IMG/VR virus record: IMGVR_UViG_2775507275_000005
Length of the DNA stretch: 64,000 nucleotides
From: an uncultured virus (IMG/VR IMGVR_UViG_2775507275_000005)
Taxonomy: Duplodnaviria > Heunggongvirae > Uroviricota > Caudoviricetes
Strand: one strand, 5' to 3'
This document shows positions 27,261 to 36,915 of the stretch, in pieces. A program made the translations under genes and the position numbers. Position 1 is the stretch's first letter; each line of letters opens with the position of its first letter. The notes beneath the pieces were generated by a model. The model did not search any database. It was given only the letters and a program-made list of their open reading frames with translations, and had not been told where the DNA came from.

Positions 27261-28278
27261 ATACGACCAACGGCAAGCACTCGGCGAAGCGCTTGCGGAA
27301 TACTTCGGCAAGCTCGATTCCGACGAAGGTATCCGCACGCCGGAAGGACGAATCCTTCGCACGTTCGATTACTGCGACTCGCGCACGATCGACGATCTGA
27401 TCGATCGTGCGATCGTGCCCGCGCTCGCCGCTCCCCCCCTCGACCATATTTCCCAAGCAGGGAAAATGGTGGATGAGCAGGCGGCGTTCGAGGCCCACTA
27501 TGCAAAGATGTGGAATGCGGCCTACAACAACACGACGAACCACACGGCCGCCGACGTAGCAGAACTTCGTGAAGGGGACACCTACGGCGAGGATCGAACC
27601 TATCTCAACGCGAGCTGGGAAGGCTGGCAAGCCCGCGCCGCATCTGCCATTGAGACGGGGGCGGAAGAGGCGACGACCGAAGCGGCGATGCGCAAGACCA
27701 TGACGTCCGAACAGATCCGGCTCGAACGCAAGCTGACGTGCGAGGCGATCGACGGCGCGATCGCGTTCGGCTATCAGAACACGAATGCGCCGCCGAGCGA
27801 TGATCACTGGCTCGCGACGTACTGGCGCATGGGGCAGAAGCTGGCGGAGCTGGATGCATTGCCGGCGTCAGCGCGCTATCCGACCGCGTGGATTCGCTTC
27901 CGTAGCGACGGCGGATTCGAAGGCCCGATCATGGACAGCGATGAACGCATGTGCGACACGCGGCGCAAATCTGGAGCATGGTCGCCGCTCTTCCTCGGCC
28001 CCGCGCAGGCGAGCCCGCCCACCTGCACATGCCCCAGCGGCGACGGGTCGTTGCGGTGGCCGTGTCCGATGCATCCCCCTAGGCGGACGAGCGCGGAGCT
28101 GACGAACGACGACAAGCGAGATGCCGAGCGGTATCGCGCGCACATCAAATACGAGTACGAAACCCTTTACATGCCTGGCGCGGAAAAGAAGGGGCTAAGA
28201 CCACTGGCCTTCGCAGAGTACAAAGCGAGTGCCGATCAGGTCGCCGACGCCGCCCGCACCCAAGGGAGTCAATCGTGA
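27223..28278 (+). CDS. Mosaic hypothetical phage protein (MNDQQQSRADALT type)
   Basis: Same N-terminus as the 25614 gene; AAFEA..WEGWQARA and CTCPSGDGSLRWPCPMH modules. Confidence 0.75.
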   Translation: MNDQQQSRADALTYDQRQALGEALAEYFGKLDSDEGIRTPEGRILRTFDYCDSRTIDDLIDRAIVPALAAPPLDHISQAGKMVDEQAAFEAHYAKMWNAAYNNTTNHTAADVAELREGDTYGEDRTYLNASWEGWQARAASAIETGAEEATTEAAMRKTMTSEQIRLERKLTCEAIDGAIAFGYQNTNAPPSDDHWLATYWRMGQKLAELDALPASARYPTAWIRFRSDGGFEGPIMDSDERMCDTRRKSGAWSPLFLGPAQASPPTCTCPSGDGSLRWPCPMHPPRRTSAELTNDDKRDAERYRAHIKYEYETLYMPGAEKKGLRPLAFAEYKASADQVADAARTQGSQS

Positions 28279-28841
28279 GCGAGAACAGCAAAATCGAATG
28301 GTGTGATTCTACGTGGAATCCATGGGAAGGTTGCCAGAAGGTCGGCCCGGGATGCGACCACTGCTACGCAGAGGCGCGCAATGCACGCTTCGCTGGCGGC
28401 TCGGCCGTGAACTGGGGGCCGGGCGCGCCGCGTCGTCGCACGTCAGCCGCAAACTGGCGCAAGCCGCTCGCGTGGAACGCAGCGCACGAACAGTTCTTCG
28501 CTGCGCACGGCCGGCGCCAACGCGTCTTTTGCGCATCGCTCGCCGACGTGTTCGACAACGCGGTCAATCCAATGTGGCGAGTCGATCTCTTCGAGGTGAT
28601 CAGCAACACGCCAAATCTCGACTGGCTGCTATTGACGAAGCGAATCGGAAACGCGCGAGACATGATTTCCGGCGTCCTCGGCAGCATCATGCGCGATGAG
28701 CGTGAGTGGCCGTGGCCGAATGTCTGGCTCGGCGCGACGATCATGAGTGAATTCCCGATCCTCTTTGCCGGCCGGATGGTGCGCGCCATCCTCGACGGCC
28801 GCAAAACGCAGATGCGATGCTCTATCGGTGCAGAGGAGTAG
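28275..28841 (+). pseudogene. Truncated Gp37/Gp68 (DUF5131) protein fused to the start of an ASCH-like gene
   Basis: SKIEWCDSTWNPWEGCQKVGPGCDHCYA..LLTKR..NVWLGATI, then MSEFPILFAGRMVRAILDGRKTQ and an early stop. Confidence 0.8.
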
Positions 28842-28859
28842 TCACCTCGATCGTTGATT

Positions 28860-29105
28860 TTAGAGACCCGTGTCGTCTTGAGACGCCTTGTATCTGGCGT
28901 AAGCCTTTGCGGCTTCCATTGCTTCGTGGTGTGTCGCAAATTTCTCAACGATCGTGTGCCTCATGCTGGCGATGTGGGACTTCATCGCCGTATGGTCGCT
29001 CTTGCGCTCGAAACGCACGAGTGCGCGCCAAACACCCGAAGCCTCTTCGTATGCTTCGCAAAAACACAGATAACCGTTTTCGTCGACAACCATATGTTCC
29101 GACAT
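28860..29105 (-). CDS. Small hypothetical protein
   Basis: GGAGG RBS, 81 aa. Confidence 0.65.
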   Translation of the reverse strand: MSEHMVVDENGYLCFCEAYEEASGVWRALVRFERKSDHTAMKSHIASMRHTIVEKFATHHEAMEAAKAYARYKASQDDTGL

Positions 29106-29128
29106 ATCAGCCTCCGTATTGAACTGCA

Positions 29129-29374
29129 CTACGCGCTGATCACCCCGTCTACCCGACGCCGAGCCTCATCTCGCCGGTATTCGATTGCCAGATCAGGCGT
29201 GATTGTCACACCGGCTGGCAGCATGCGGATCGGCGCCTCGCGAAACAGCACGTCGCCATCGCGCGCGCGGACAATCGACATGCTCACGAGCACGCGCGGG
29301 CCAAGGGCATCGCTCTCCCGCTCGGTTGCCTCTATCTCGACGTCGTACCCGCGGTATGTGAATCGATCGAGCAT
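29129..29374 (-). CDS. Small hypothetical protein
   Basis: 81 aa, FTYRGYDVEI start. Confidence 0.6.
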   Translation of the reverse strand: MLDRFTYRGYDVEIEATERESDALGPRVLVSMSIVRARDGDVLFREAPIRMLPAGVTITPDLAIEYRRDEARRRVDGVISA

Positions 29375-29382
29375 AGCCCAGT

Positions 29383-29592
29383 TCAACCGTTTCGCGCGAG
29401 CCACTCAACGGCGAACGACCGAGCCCGCTCGACCGCTGCCTCTTCGGTTTCGTAGGTCCCGAGATTCTTGAAAAACGCCTCTGGGTTGTAGCCGATGTAG
29501 GTGAACGTCACCTGTGCGGCGAACTGGCCGTCTTCCGTCGCGCGCGGAGCGCAGTCGACGTGATAGCCGCGCATCGTGAACAAACTATGCAT
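29383..29592 (-). CDS. Small hypothetical protein
   Basis: 69 aa, FTMRGYHVDC..GQFAAQV..YETEEAAVERARSFA. Confidence 0.65.
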   Translation of the reverse strand: MHSLFTMRGYHVDCAPRATEDGQFAAQVTFTYIGYNPEAFFKNLGTYETEEAAVERARSFAVEWLARNG

Positions 29593-29936
29593 TTGAGCCA
29601 AACCATGAAACGAACCGAGGCGATCGTAGCACTCGCGGGTTTCATGAATCTGACGGCGTAACGCGTGTGGGCGTCAATGCTGGATTGAATTCACGGCCAA
29701 CCGCACGCTGGACTCGGCCTCGCCCGTCAGGACACCGGCAAACTCAACGCCGCATGTCGAGCACTCGCAATGCTCTCCGCGGCATTCGCCGTGGAACTCA
29801 CCGGCGCCAACCATCTCGAGATGATTCGGCTTGACGGTTGCCCGAGCAGGTCGACGCATTCTGCGCAAGGCTTGATCGTCTCTAGCTCCACGGCCACCTC
29901 CGTACTCTTTGAATTCGAATTGCAAGGGACCCCAGC

Positions 29937-30314
29937 ATGCACGATCTCGCGATAACGCCTGGCCGTTCGGACAACGAGGCCAATGAAGAAATCGCGCTCA
30001 CGCTTCATCAGGTAGCCAAACGCCTCCAACTGTCCTACAGCACGGTATTCGCGATGCGACATCAAATCGGATTCCGCCTACCAGGTTCGCGCCTATGGCG
30101 GGTCTGGCCGTCGCGCCTTGCCTGCCTAGCAGAAAAGCGCAACAATCTGACCCGGCTATCGCTGCGGGTCGGTGGAGAAACTGAATGCCCATCCGCAAAG
30201 ATAAAAAATCCGGTATCTGGCACCTCGATATCTGCTCGCCAAGCGGCGCGAGAATTAGACGCTCTACTGAAACCCGCGATCGAAAGGCGGCGCAGGAGTA
30301 TCACGACCGGCTGA
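29937..30314 (+). CDS. Excisionase-like HTH protein overlapping int
   Basis: LTLHQVAKRLQLSYSTV..GFRLPGSRLWRV; directly upstream of and overlapping the integrase. Confidence 0.65.
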   Translation: MHDLAITPGRSDNEANEEIALTLHQVAKRLQLSYSTVFAMRHQIGFRLPGSRLWRVWPSRLACLAEKRNNLTRLSLRVGGETECPSAKIKNPVSGTSISARQAARELDALLKPAIERRRRSITTG

Positions 30315-31157
30315 AAGCCGAGCTTTGGCGACAAGACAAACTCGGCGAGAAGGCCGATCGGACTTTCGAGGAAGCTGCCGTTCGGTTCCTTCAGCAGTGC
30401 GTCGGGCAACGCGACTATGCCGGGAAGCTCCGGCACGTGCTGTACTGGCGGGAGCAGTTCGGCGCGACGCCAGTTCGACTTCTAACGGCCGAGCGCATTT
30501 TCGATGCTCTACCCACGCACAAGCTGGTGAACGGCAAGCCTGCGCGGCCGCTCGCGCCCGGGACGCGCAATCGGTACATCAACACCATCCGACGCTTGAT
30601 CAATTTGTGCGTTGAGTGGGAATGGCTCGACCGCACGCCGAAGCTTCGCCGATTTGAGGAACCGGATGTGCGCGTGCGCTGGGAAACACCGGAGATCATC
30701 ATGACGATGATCAACGCGTTGCGCTTACCTTGGATGCGCGACGCAGCGATCGTCGCAGTGGCAACCGGAATGCGCGAATCGGAACTGTTTGGTTTGAGGG
30801 TTTCGCAGATCGATCTCGCTCAACGCAACGCGTGGATCACGCACGCCGAAGCGAAGTCGAAGCGGGCTCGATCTGTACCGCTCAATCAGGACGCGATTAG
30901 CGTGCTCGAGCGGCGCATGCGAGCCGCTATGGACCTTGTATTCACGCGGGAATACACGCGCGGAGACGGGCCACCTAAGCTGATTCGGCAGATCGACAAG
31001 CGCGACTTTGCGCGTGCGTGTCGGGCGGCCGGAATGGTCGACTTCCACTGGCACGACCTGCGGCACACCTGGGCGAGTTGGCACGTGCAGCGCGGCACGC
31101 CGCTGATGGTGCTAAAGGAGTTGGGCGGCTGGGAGACGATCGCGATGGTTCAGAAGT
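30185..31157 (+). pseudogene. int: Tyrosine integrase interrupted at the catalytic Tyr
   Basis: ATGMRESEL, FHWHDLRHTWASW, LGGWETIAMVQK, then unrelated sequence where Y-A-H is expected. Confidence 0.9.
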
Positions 31158-31174
31158 TGTGGGGAGGTGCTCGA

Positions 31175-31321
31175 TTTGACACCGCCAGAATCTGAACTCG
31201 AAAGCCGCTCGAACGCCCGCAGCACAAGGCGTTGAGCGATTTCGGCGGACGCGACGGTGCGCGAAGGATTCTGCGAGAAATGACTGCGAAATGCGCGGAT
31301 TTCGCAAAGATTTTGACACCG
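31175..31321 (+). repeat. Putative transposase-binding sites at the left end
   Basis: TTTGACACCG at 31175 and 31312, plus related GATTTCG motifs between them. Confidence 0.5.
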
Positions 31322-31354
31322 GATTAGGCGGGAAATGGAAGTTATCCACACCAC

Positions 31355-32113
31355 CTATATTTGCCGGCCTACCCAAACAACGCGACCAATGATCTCGAAG
31401 TCGCTCGGCGGCGACGCCAGATCAATCGTGAACGGTCGGTACGCCTCGTTGGCGCTACTTACTTCGAGTTTCCCCTCCGGGAGCCTTTGAAGACGCTTCA
31501 CAAACAGCTCCCCGTCCATTCTCAGCACGTACAGGCCTGCCCCTGGCCGGTTATCCGCTTGGTTGACCAAGATAACGTCCCTATCACTCAGAACCCCCTC
31601 CATCGAATCCCCCTTAACCGTAATGACGGCCAAGTCTTTGGGATTTACCCCTAGAAAGTTGTCGATCCAATAGCGACGAAAGGCCATCGCCAAGGGAGGC
31701 TTTTCGCCGCCAAGCGCCGCCCCGTGGCCTGCAGCGGCTTTGACGTTATATCGCGGGATGAACACAAATTCCGCGATGTCGACTGGATTGCCAAGCGTGT
31801 CAACGACATGGTCTGCCCCATTTGCCGACTGAGCGCCAACCAGGCTGGGTTCAGAACCGCGGCCGGTTGCAAGCCATTCAACTGATACGCCAGCGGTATC
31901 GGCTATCGCGACGAGCAGAGGTAGCGTCGGGAAGCCGCCCTGGGCGATTCGATTCAGCCCGGTTTGCGAGACCCCAGCCGCGCGGGCAAAGGACGCCTCG
32001 CTCCCTTGCCAGCGGCTCAGAACCAACCTCAAACGCGTATGGAATCCACTTTCAGGTCCGTCGATCGAACCTGAAAGTTGAGCTTCGCTGGAATCGTCCA
32101 CTTTCGTGCTCAT
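31355..32113 (-). CDS. Phage repressor, HTH + S24 peptidase
   Basis: SFARAAGVSQTGLNR HTH, VSVEWLATG, AAAGHG, VKGDSMEG, FVKRL. Confidence 0.9.
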   Translation of the reverse strand: MSTKVDDSSEAQLSGSIDGPESGFHTRLRLVLSRWQGSEASFARAAGVSQTGLNRIAQGGFPTLPLLVAIADTAGVSVEWLATGRGSEPSLVGAQSANGADHVVDTLGNPVDIAEFVFIPRYNVKAAAGHGAALGGEKPPLAMAFRRYWIDNFLGVNPKDLAVITVKGDSMEGVLSDRDVILVNQADNRPGAGLYVLRMDGELFVKRLQRLPEGKLEVSSANEAYRPFTIDLASPPSDFEIIGRVVWVGRQI

Positions 32114-32114
32114 G

Positions 32115-32223
32115 CAAGTAGTTGATATGAAAGGAAATGCACTCAAATGATTCGGATCAACCCTAAAAATGAACACTCAACAACTCGAAAGCGCTTGATG
32201 ATGTGATCATTTGAGGTTAAAGT
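32115..32223. promoter_or_regulatory. Operator/enhancer region with IHF site and early promoter
   Basis: TATCAACTACTTG (minus strand, 32115-32127); CTCAAATGAT / ATCATTTGAG inverted pair at 32142 and 32206; TTGATG-17-TAAAGT at 32195-32223. Confidence 0.65.
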
Positions 32224-32255
32224 GAGCGCAAATGCTTAGAGAATGGGATGAGCGA

Positions 32256-32573
32256 ATGCGCATACACGAACACCACAAAAAAACCGGCGAGGATTGGGGC
32301 GCGAACAAAATCCGTTACGCCCTTAATGAGGCCGGTTGGAACTGGTCGACTCTCGCCAAAGCGGCGGGCTATGCCAGCAGCGCGGCCCTTCGAGCCGCCG
32401 CAGACAAGTCTTATCCGAAAGCGGAGCGAATTATTGCCGGTGCGATCGGGGTGCCCCCCGAAACCATCTGGCCGAGCCGATACGAAAAGCGGAATTTTAC
32501 GCCCGTTTTGTCACCGTCCTCCCCTGTTTGTGCGCCCCGCGCTGTGCGTTCGGCCGCCGTTGCAATGGATTGA
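32256..32573 (+). CDS. ner: Ner/Nlp-like DNA-binding protein
   Basis: DW...IRYAL..AG.....L....YPKAERIIAGAIGVPPETIWPSRY. Confidence 0.9.
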   Translation: MRIHEHHKKTGEDWGANKIRYALNEAGWNWSTLAKAAGYASSAALRAAADKSYPKAERIIAGAIGVPPETIWPSRYEKRNFTPVLSPSSPVCAPRAVRSAAVAMD

Positions 32574-32634
32574 ATCGTACGCACCCCGATCCCGACGCGC
32601 TATCGGCGCGATTCCCGACCTGGACGACACGACG

Positions 32635-33117
32635 ATGAGAAAACGGACCTGGAAATCCCTGCACGCGACAAGCCTGAGCGAGGCTTTCGAATTGTGCGTT
32701 GAACATGCTGCTGAACGCCGCCGGCCGGCGAAAGTGCTGGCCGATCTGATGGGCGTCGAAGTGAAAACGATGTATCGCTGGCTCGCCGAGACGTCGATGC
32801 CCCTGAACCGCGTGCGTCAATTCGAAGAATTCTGTGGCGCGCGTTTCGTTAGCGAATACCTGTGCATCGCCGACGGCCGGCGCGTCGTCATCGAGATTCC
32901 GACTGGCCGTCGACCCGGCGTCGCCGATCTGGCGTCTCTGCAATCCGCGTTCGCCGACGCGGCGGCGGTGCTCTGCCGCTATTACGCATCGGGCCACGAA
33001 CAGGCGGAAGCCGTCACGGCGCTCACCCATGCGATGACGCAGGCCGGCTACCACCGCGAGAACGTCATGAAGGATCGTGTACCCGAGCTGCGGTTTGATG
33101 AAGCGGGGGCCGAGTAA
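32635..33117 (+). CDS. Hypothetical regulatory protein
   Basis: HTH-like KVLADLMGVEVKTMYRWL; lies between ner and the transposase. Confidence 0.75.
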   Translation: MRKRTWKSLHATSLSEAFELCVEHAAERRRPAKVLADLMGVEVKTMYRWLAETSMPLNRVRQFEEFCGARFVSEYLCIADGRRVVIEIPTGRRPGVADLASLQSAFADAAAVLCRYYASGHEQAEAVTALTHAMTQAGYHRENVMKDRVPELRFDEAGAE

Positions 33118-35294
33118 TGCAGGTCGCCGTCAAATCGCACTACGCCGCCGCCGAATTGGCGGGCATGAACCTGCCGAGCCTTCCGACCACGATGCAAGGT
33201 GTCAAACTGCGCGCGAAATCGGCGGCTTGGTCGTTTCGGAAACGCGAGGGTCGCGGTGGCGGCCTCGAATATGCGCTCGAAAGCCTGCCCGTCGACGCAC
33301 AAGCAGAAATCCGCCGCCGAGCGTCAACCGCGCTCGTCGGGACGATGCCCGAAGCGAAGCCGCAGGCGATCATCCGCCGCGAGCAGCAACTGCAGCTCGT
33401 CGAGACCGATGCGCAGCGCCTGCGCGCCGATGCGCGCAAGGGCATCTTGTCGATGCTCGATCGCATCATGACGCAATGCCGTGTCTCGCGCGAGGCGGCG
33501 ATGCACACGCTGCTCACGCAGGCGCGCCTCGGCACGCTCGACGATCACCTGACAGCCATGTTGCGCGCGGCCAAAGATGCGCGCGGTCGCAAGGGTGACG
33601 AATTCCCGAGCATCCGCACGCTGAAGCGCTATCTCGGCCTCGCGAAACAAGGCTCTCTCGCGCCGAAGATTCCGAAGTCGAGCTTCGTGATCCCGGCGTG
33701 GGCGAAGCTCTTCCTCGAACACTATCAGCAGCCGCAGAAGCCGTCGGTCGAGCAAGCCTATCGTGACTTCACGACGGCATGCGCGGTGCAGCGCGTCGCA
33801 TACGACGTGCCGAGCGTCCATCAGGTCCGACGCTTCCTCGACAAGCTCGGCAGCGTGACGTTGCAGACCGGGCGTATGGGATCGCGCGAACTGAAGACCA
33901 TGCTGCCGTTTATCCGCCGCACGTTCGACAAGCTGCTGCCGAACGACATCTGGTCGGCCGACGGTCATACGTTCGACGCGGAGGTACAGCACCCGCTGCA
34001 CGGTCGGCCGTTCCGACCGGAGATCACGTCGATTATCGACGTCGCCACGCGACGCGCGGTTGGCATTTCGCTCGATCTGGCCGAATCGTCGTTCGCAGTG
34101 CTCGACGCGCTGAGCACGGCGGTACTCAAGTGCGGCGTGCCGAGCATGTTCTACGTCGACAACGGGTCCGGCTACAAAAACGCGCTGCTCAAAGACGAAG
34201 GTGTCGGTGTCCAGGGTCGCTTGGGCTTCGTCGTCACGCACTCGATTCCGTACAACTCGCAGGCACGAGGTGTCGTCGAGCGCCTTCACCAGACGCTGTG
34301 GGTCGCCGCCGCGAAGAAGCTGCCGTCGTACATGGGCGCGGACATGGACCGCCAGGCCAAGCACGTGATGTTCAAGATCACGCGCGACGTTCTCAAGCAC
34401 GGCGGCGCGATCTCGCTGATGGGATGGGACGCGTTCATCCAGTTTTGCCAGGAACAGGTCGACGCGTACAACGACCGTCCCCATAGCACGCTCCCCGTCA
34501 TCCGTGATCCAAACACCGGCAAGCGTCGGCACATGTCACCCAATGAAGCGTGGGCGGCGCATGTTGCGCAAGGTTGGCAGGCCGACGCGCTCGACGAACA
34601 CGATGCGCGCATGGTGTTCCGGCCGCGTATCAAGCGCACCGTCGCGCGCGGCGAGGTTCGGTTCCTGAATCACCGGTATTCGAATCCGCAGGAGCTGCTC
34701 GAATTCCACGACGAAGAAGTTCAAGTCGCTTACGACATCAACGATGCGCGGTTCGTTTGGATCTACGCGCTCGACGGTCGCTACATCTGCCAGGCCGAGG
34801 CCGGCGCGAACGAACGGGCCTACATGCCGCAGTCCGCTGTCGAACAGGCTCGCGAGAAGCGTGCCGATGCGCGAGCGAATCGCCTGCAAGCGAAGCTCGA
34901 CGAGGTCGAGGCGGAACGTCGTGGCCAACCGGCACTCACCCTCGAAACGCCCGAGGTCATCACGATCCCGGGGTTCGGCGACATCACGCGCCACGCGCTG
35001 AGTCGGCGCTTTGTGGACGTCGAGCCAGTGATCGACATCGAACCGGCCGCACTCATGGCCCTTGAACCGCAATCGGAAGCCGTCACTGAAACCGCCACCG
35101 TGTTTCAGCTTCCGGAAACACCCGAACTGCGATTTGCCCGGTGGCAGACCCTGAACGAACACATCGAAACAGGGGGCATTCCCGACCAGGACGAATTGCA
35201 GTGGTACGGCAGATACGCGTTGAGCAAAGAATTCGCGGCGCAAAAGCGCCGCGCGGAACAGGCTGAAGAGTTGCAGCTCGCCAGCCATCAGTAA
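33117..35294 (+). CDS. MuA-like DDE transposase
   Basis: N-terminal Mu HTH (RKREGRGGGLEY); WSADGH, YVDNGSGY, ARGVVER; YNDRPH. Confidence 0.95.
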   Translation: MQVAVKSHYAAAELAGMNLPSLPTTMQGVKLRAKSAAWSFRKREGRGGGLEYALESLPVDAQAEIRRRASTALVGTMPEAKPQAIIRREQQLQLVETDAQRLRADARKGILSMLDRIMTQCRVSREAAMHTLLTQARLGTLDDHLTAMLRAAKDARGRKGDEFPSIRTLKRYLGLAKQGSLAPKIPKSSFVIPAWAKLFLEHYQQPQKPSVEQAYRDFTTACAVQRVAYDVPSVHQVRRFLDKLGSVTLQTGRMGSRELKTMLPFIRRTFDKLLPNDIWSADGHTFDAEVQHPLHGRPFRPEITSIIDVATRRAVGISLDLAESSFAVLDALSTAVLKCGVPSMFYVDNGSGYKNALLKDEGVGVQGRLGFVVTHSIPYNSQARGVVERLHQTLWVAAAKKLPSYMGADMDRQAKHVMFKITRDVLKHGGAISLMGWDAFIQFCQEQVDAYNDRPHSTLPVIRDPNTGKRRHMSPNEAWAAHVAQGWQADALDEHDARMVFRPRIKRTVARGEVRFLNHRYSNPQELLEFHDEEVQVAYDINDARFVWIYALDGRYICQAEAGANERAYMPQSAVEQAREKRADARANRLQAKLDEVEAERRGQPALTLETPEVITIPGFGDITRHALSRRFVDVEPVIDIEPAALMALEPQSEAVTETATVFQLPETPELRFARWQTLNEHIETGGIPDQDELQWYGRYALSKEFAAQKRRAEQAEELQLASHQ

Positions 35295-35311
35295 CACCAA
35301 CAGGAGCAAGC

Positions 35312-36058
35312 ATGACACAACTCGAATCCACGCTCAAACCGATTGTAGGCGGCGTCGCTCAAATCACCAACCTGAACCTGTGCGACATCGCGATTGAGCG
35401 CGCCGTCTCGCGCAGCGCGAACCTGCCCGGTCTCGTGTGCTTTTACGGCCCGTCCGGCTACGGCAAGAGCATGGCCGCGAACTACGTGGCGAACGCTCGC
35501 CGCGCGCGCTACGTGCAGGCGAAGTCGGTCTGGACGAAGAAGCATTTCCTGAAAGCGATCCTGTTCGAGATGGGTATCAAACCCGGCGGCACGATCCCCG
35601 AGATGGCCGATCAGGTCGCCGAAGAACTGGCCGCGTCCGGCCGGCCGCTGATCATCGACGAGATGGATCACCTGGTCGACCGCAACGCGGTCGAGCTGGT
35701 CCGCGATCTGTACGAGTCGAGCCAGGCACCGATCTTGATGATCGGCGAGGAAGCGCTGCCGATCAAACTCAAGAAGTGGGAGCGTATGCACGGCCGCGTG
35801 CTGGCCTGGGTGCCGGCACAGCCCGTCACGATCGACGACGCCCGCCAGCTCGCGACGCTGTATTGCCGACACATCACGGTTGCGGACGATCTGCTCACGC
35901 GGCTCGTCGAACTGGCGCACGGGTCCGTGCGTCGCGTCTGCGTGAACCTCGAACGTATCCAGGAGGAAGCGTTGATGGCCGGCAAGGATGCGATCGACCT
36001 CGCGCAGTGGGGCAAGCGCGAGCTGTACACCGGCGAAGCGCCGAAGCGCCGCGTGTGA
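35312..36058 (+). CDS. MuB-like AAA ATPase
   Basis: GPSGYGKS, LIIDEMD, VRDLYE. Confidence 0.93.
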   Translation: MTQLESTLKPIVGGVAQITNLNLCDIAIERAVSRSANLPGLVCFYGPSGYGKSMAANYVANARRARYVQAKSVWTKKHFLKAILFEMGIKPGGTIPEMADQVAEELAASGRPLIIDEMDHLVDRNAVELVRDLYESSQAPILMIGEEALPIKLKKWERMHGRVLAWVPAQPVTIDDARQLATLYCRHITVADDLLTRLVELAHGSVRRVCVNLERIQEEALMAGKDAIDLAQWGKRELYTGEAPKRRV

Positions 36059-36065
36059 GGTCGAC

Positions 36066-36296
36066 ATGATCGACCACCACATCACACCCGAAGCGAATGC
36101 CGCCGCCGATGCCGGTCGAGCGATTCAGTTCGTCGCTCGCGTGTCCGCAGTGGCACTCGCTGCACTCCTGGCCGGATTGCTGATCCCGTCGACCTGGATC
36201 GATCTGGCTACCTGGACGGTCGTCGTGCTGTTCGCTGCGCTGACTTGCATCGCGCTCGCTGCTCTGGCTGTTGTGAAGGGAGGCAAACATGGCTAG
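36066..36296 (+). CDS. Small membrane protein
   Basis: GAGG RBS, two hydrophobic helices. Confidence 0.6.
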   Translation: MIDHHITPEANAAADAGRAIQFVARVSAVALAALLAGLLIPSTWIDLATWTVVVLFAALTCIALAALAVVKGGKHG

Positions 36297-36915
36297 AAAA
36301 CCCGCCCACCTTGAACTGACCGGCGGCAAGGGTCCGCGACAGCGTGTATGGGAAGCGATTCGCAGCCAGCGAGACGACTTCACCCCGCACAGCATCGTCC
36401 GTGCTGCCGACATCGACAAGGCGACCGTTCAGACGTATTTGCAAGCGCTGGAACGCGGCGAGTACGTCGAGCAGATCGGCGAGCGCAAGGCGATCAGTGA
36501 TCGGAAGCACTATCGCCTCGTCCGCGACGTCGGTGTCGAAGCCCCGCGTCTCGATCGCAAGGGCCAGCCCGTCATGCAGTCGCGTGGCAACGAACATATG
36601 TGGCGCACGATGCGCATCATGGGCGACTTCACGCCGCGCGAGCTGGCTATGCGTGCGTCGACGCCCGACGTCGCGATTACCGACTCGACGGCGCAGTCCT
36701 ACGTCAAGTGCCTGTCGCACGCTGGCTACCTGATGCTCGTTGATCCGGGTCACGCATACATCCGTGGCAAGGGCGCAAAACAGGCGCGGTATCGCCTGAT
36801 TGCGTCGAAGTACACCGGCCCGCGCCCGCCGATGATCCAGCGCACGAAATCGGTCTACGACCCGAACCTTGGGAAGGTCGTATGGCAAGAGGAGCCGGAC
36901 CATGACGCATGCTGA
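36289..36915 (+). CDS. Conserved Mu-like early protein (tandem wHTH)
   Basis: RQRVWEAIR, MWRTMR, TGPRPPMIQR..VYDPN. Confidence 0.75.
   Translation: MARKPAHLELTGGKGPRQRVWEAIRSQRDDFTPHSIVRAADIDKATVQTYLQALERGEYVEQIGERKAISDRKHYRLVRDVGVEAPRLDRKGQPVMQSRGNEHMWRTMRIMGDFTPRELAMRASTPDVAITDSTAQSYVKCLSHAGYLMLVDPGHAYIRGKGAKQARYRLIASKYTGPRPPMIQRTKSVYDPNLGKVVWQEEPDHDAC

Larger units (their letters stand above)
1971..31157. mobile_element. Defective lambdoid (phiE125/phi1026b-like) prophage integrated at tRNA-Arg
   Basis: att core, lysis cassette, gpJ/gpI tail tip, replication gene, methylases, xis/int; no terminase, portal, capsid, tape measure or repressor; several fusion junctions. Confidence 0.9.

Noticed and set aside
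29674..29925. Small Cys-containing ORF next to xis
   Set aside because: Possibly a frameshifted remnant, but the start and frame could not be supported
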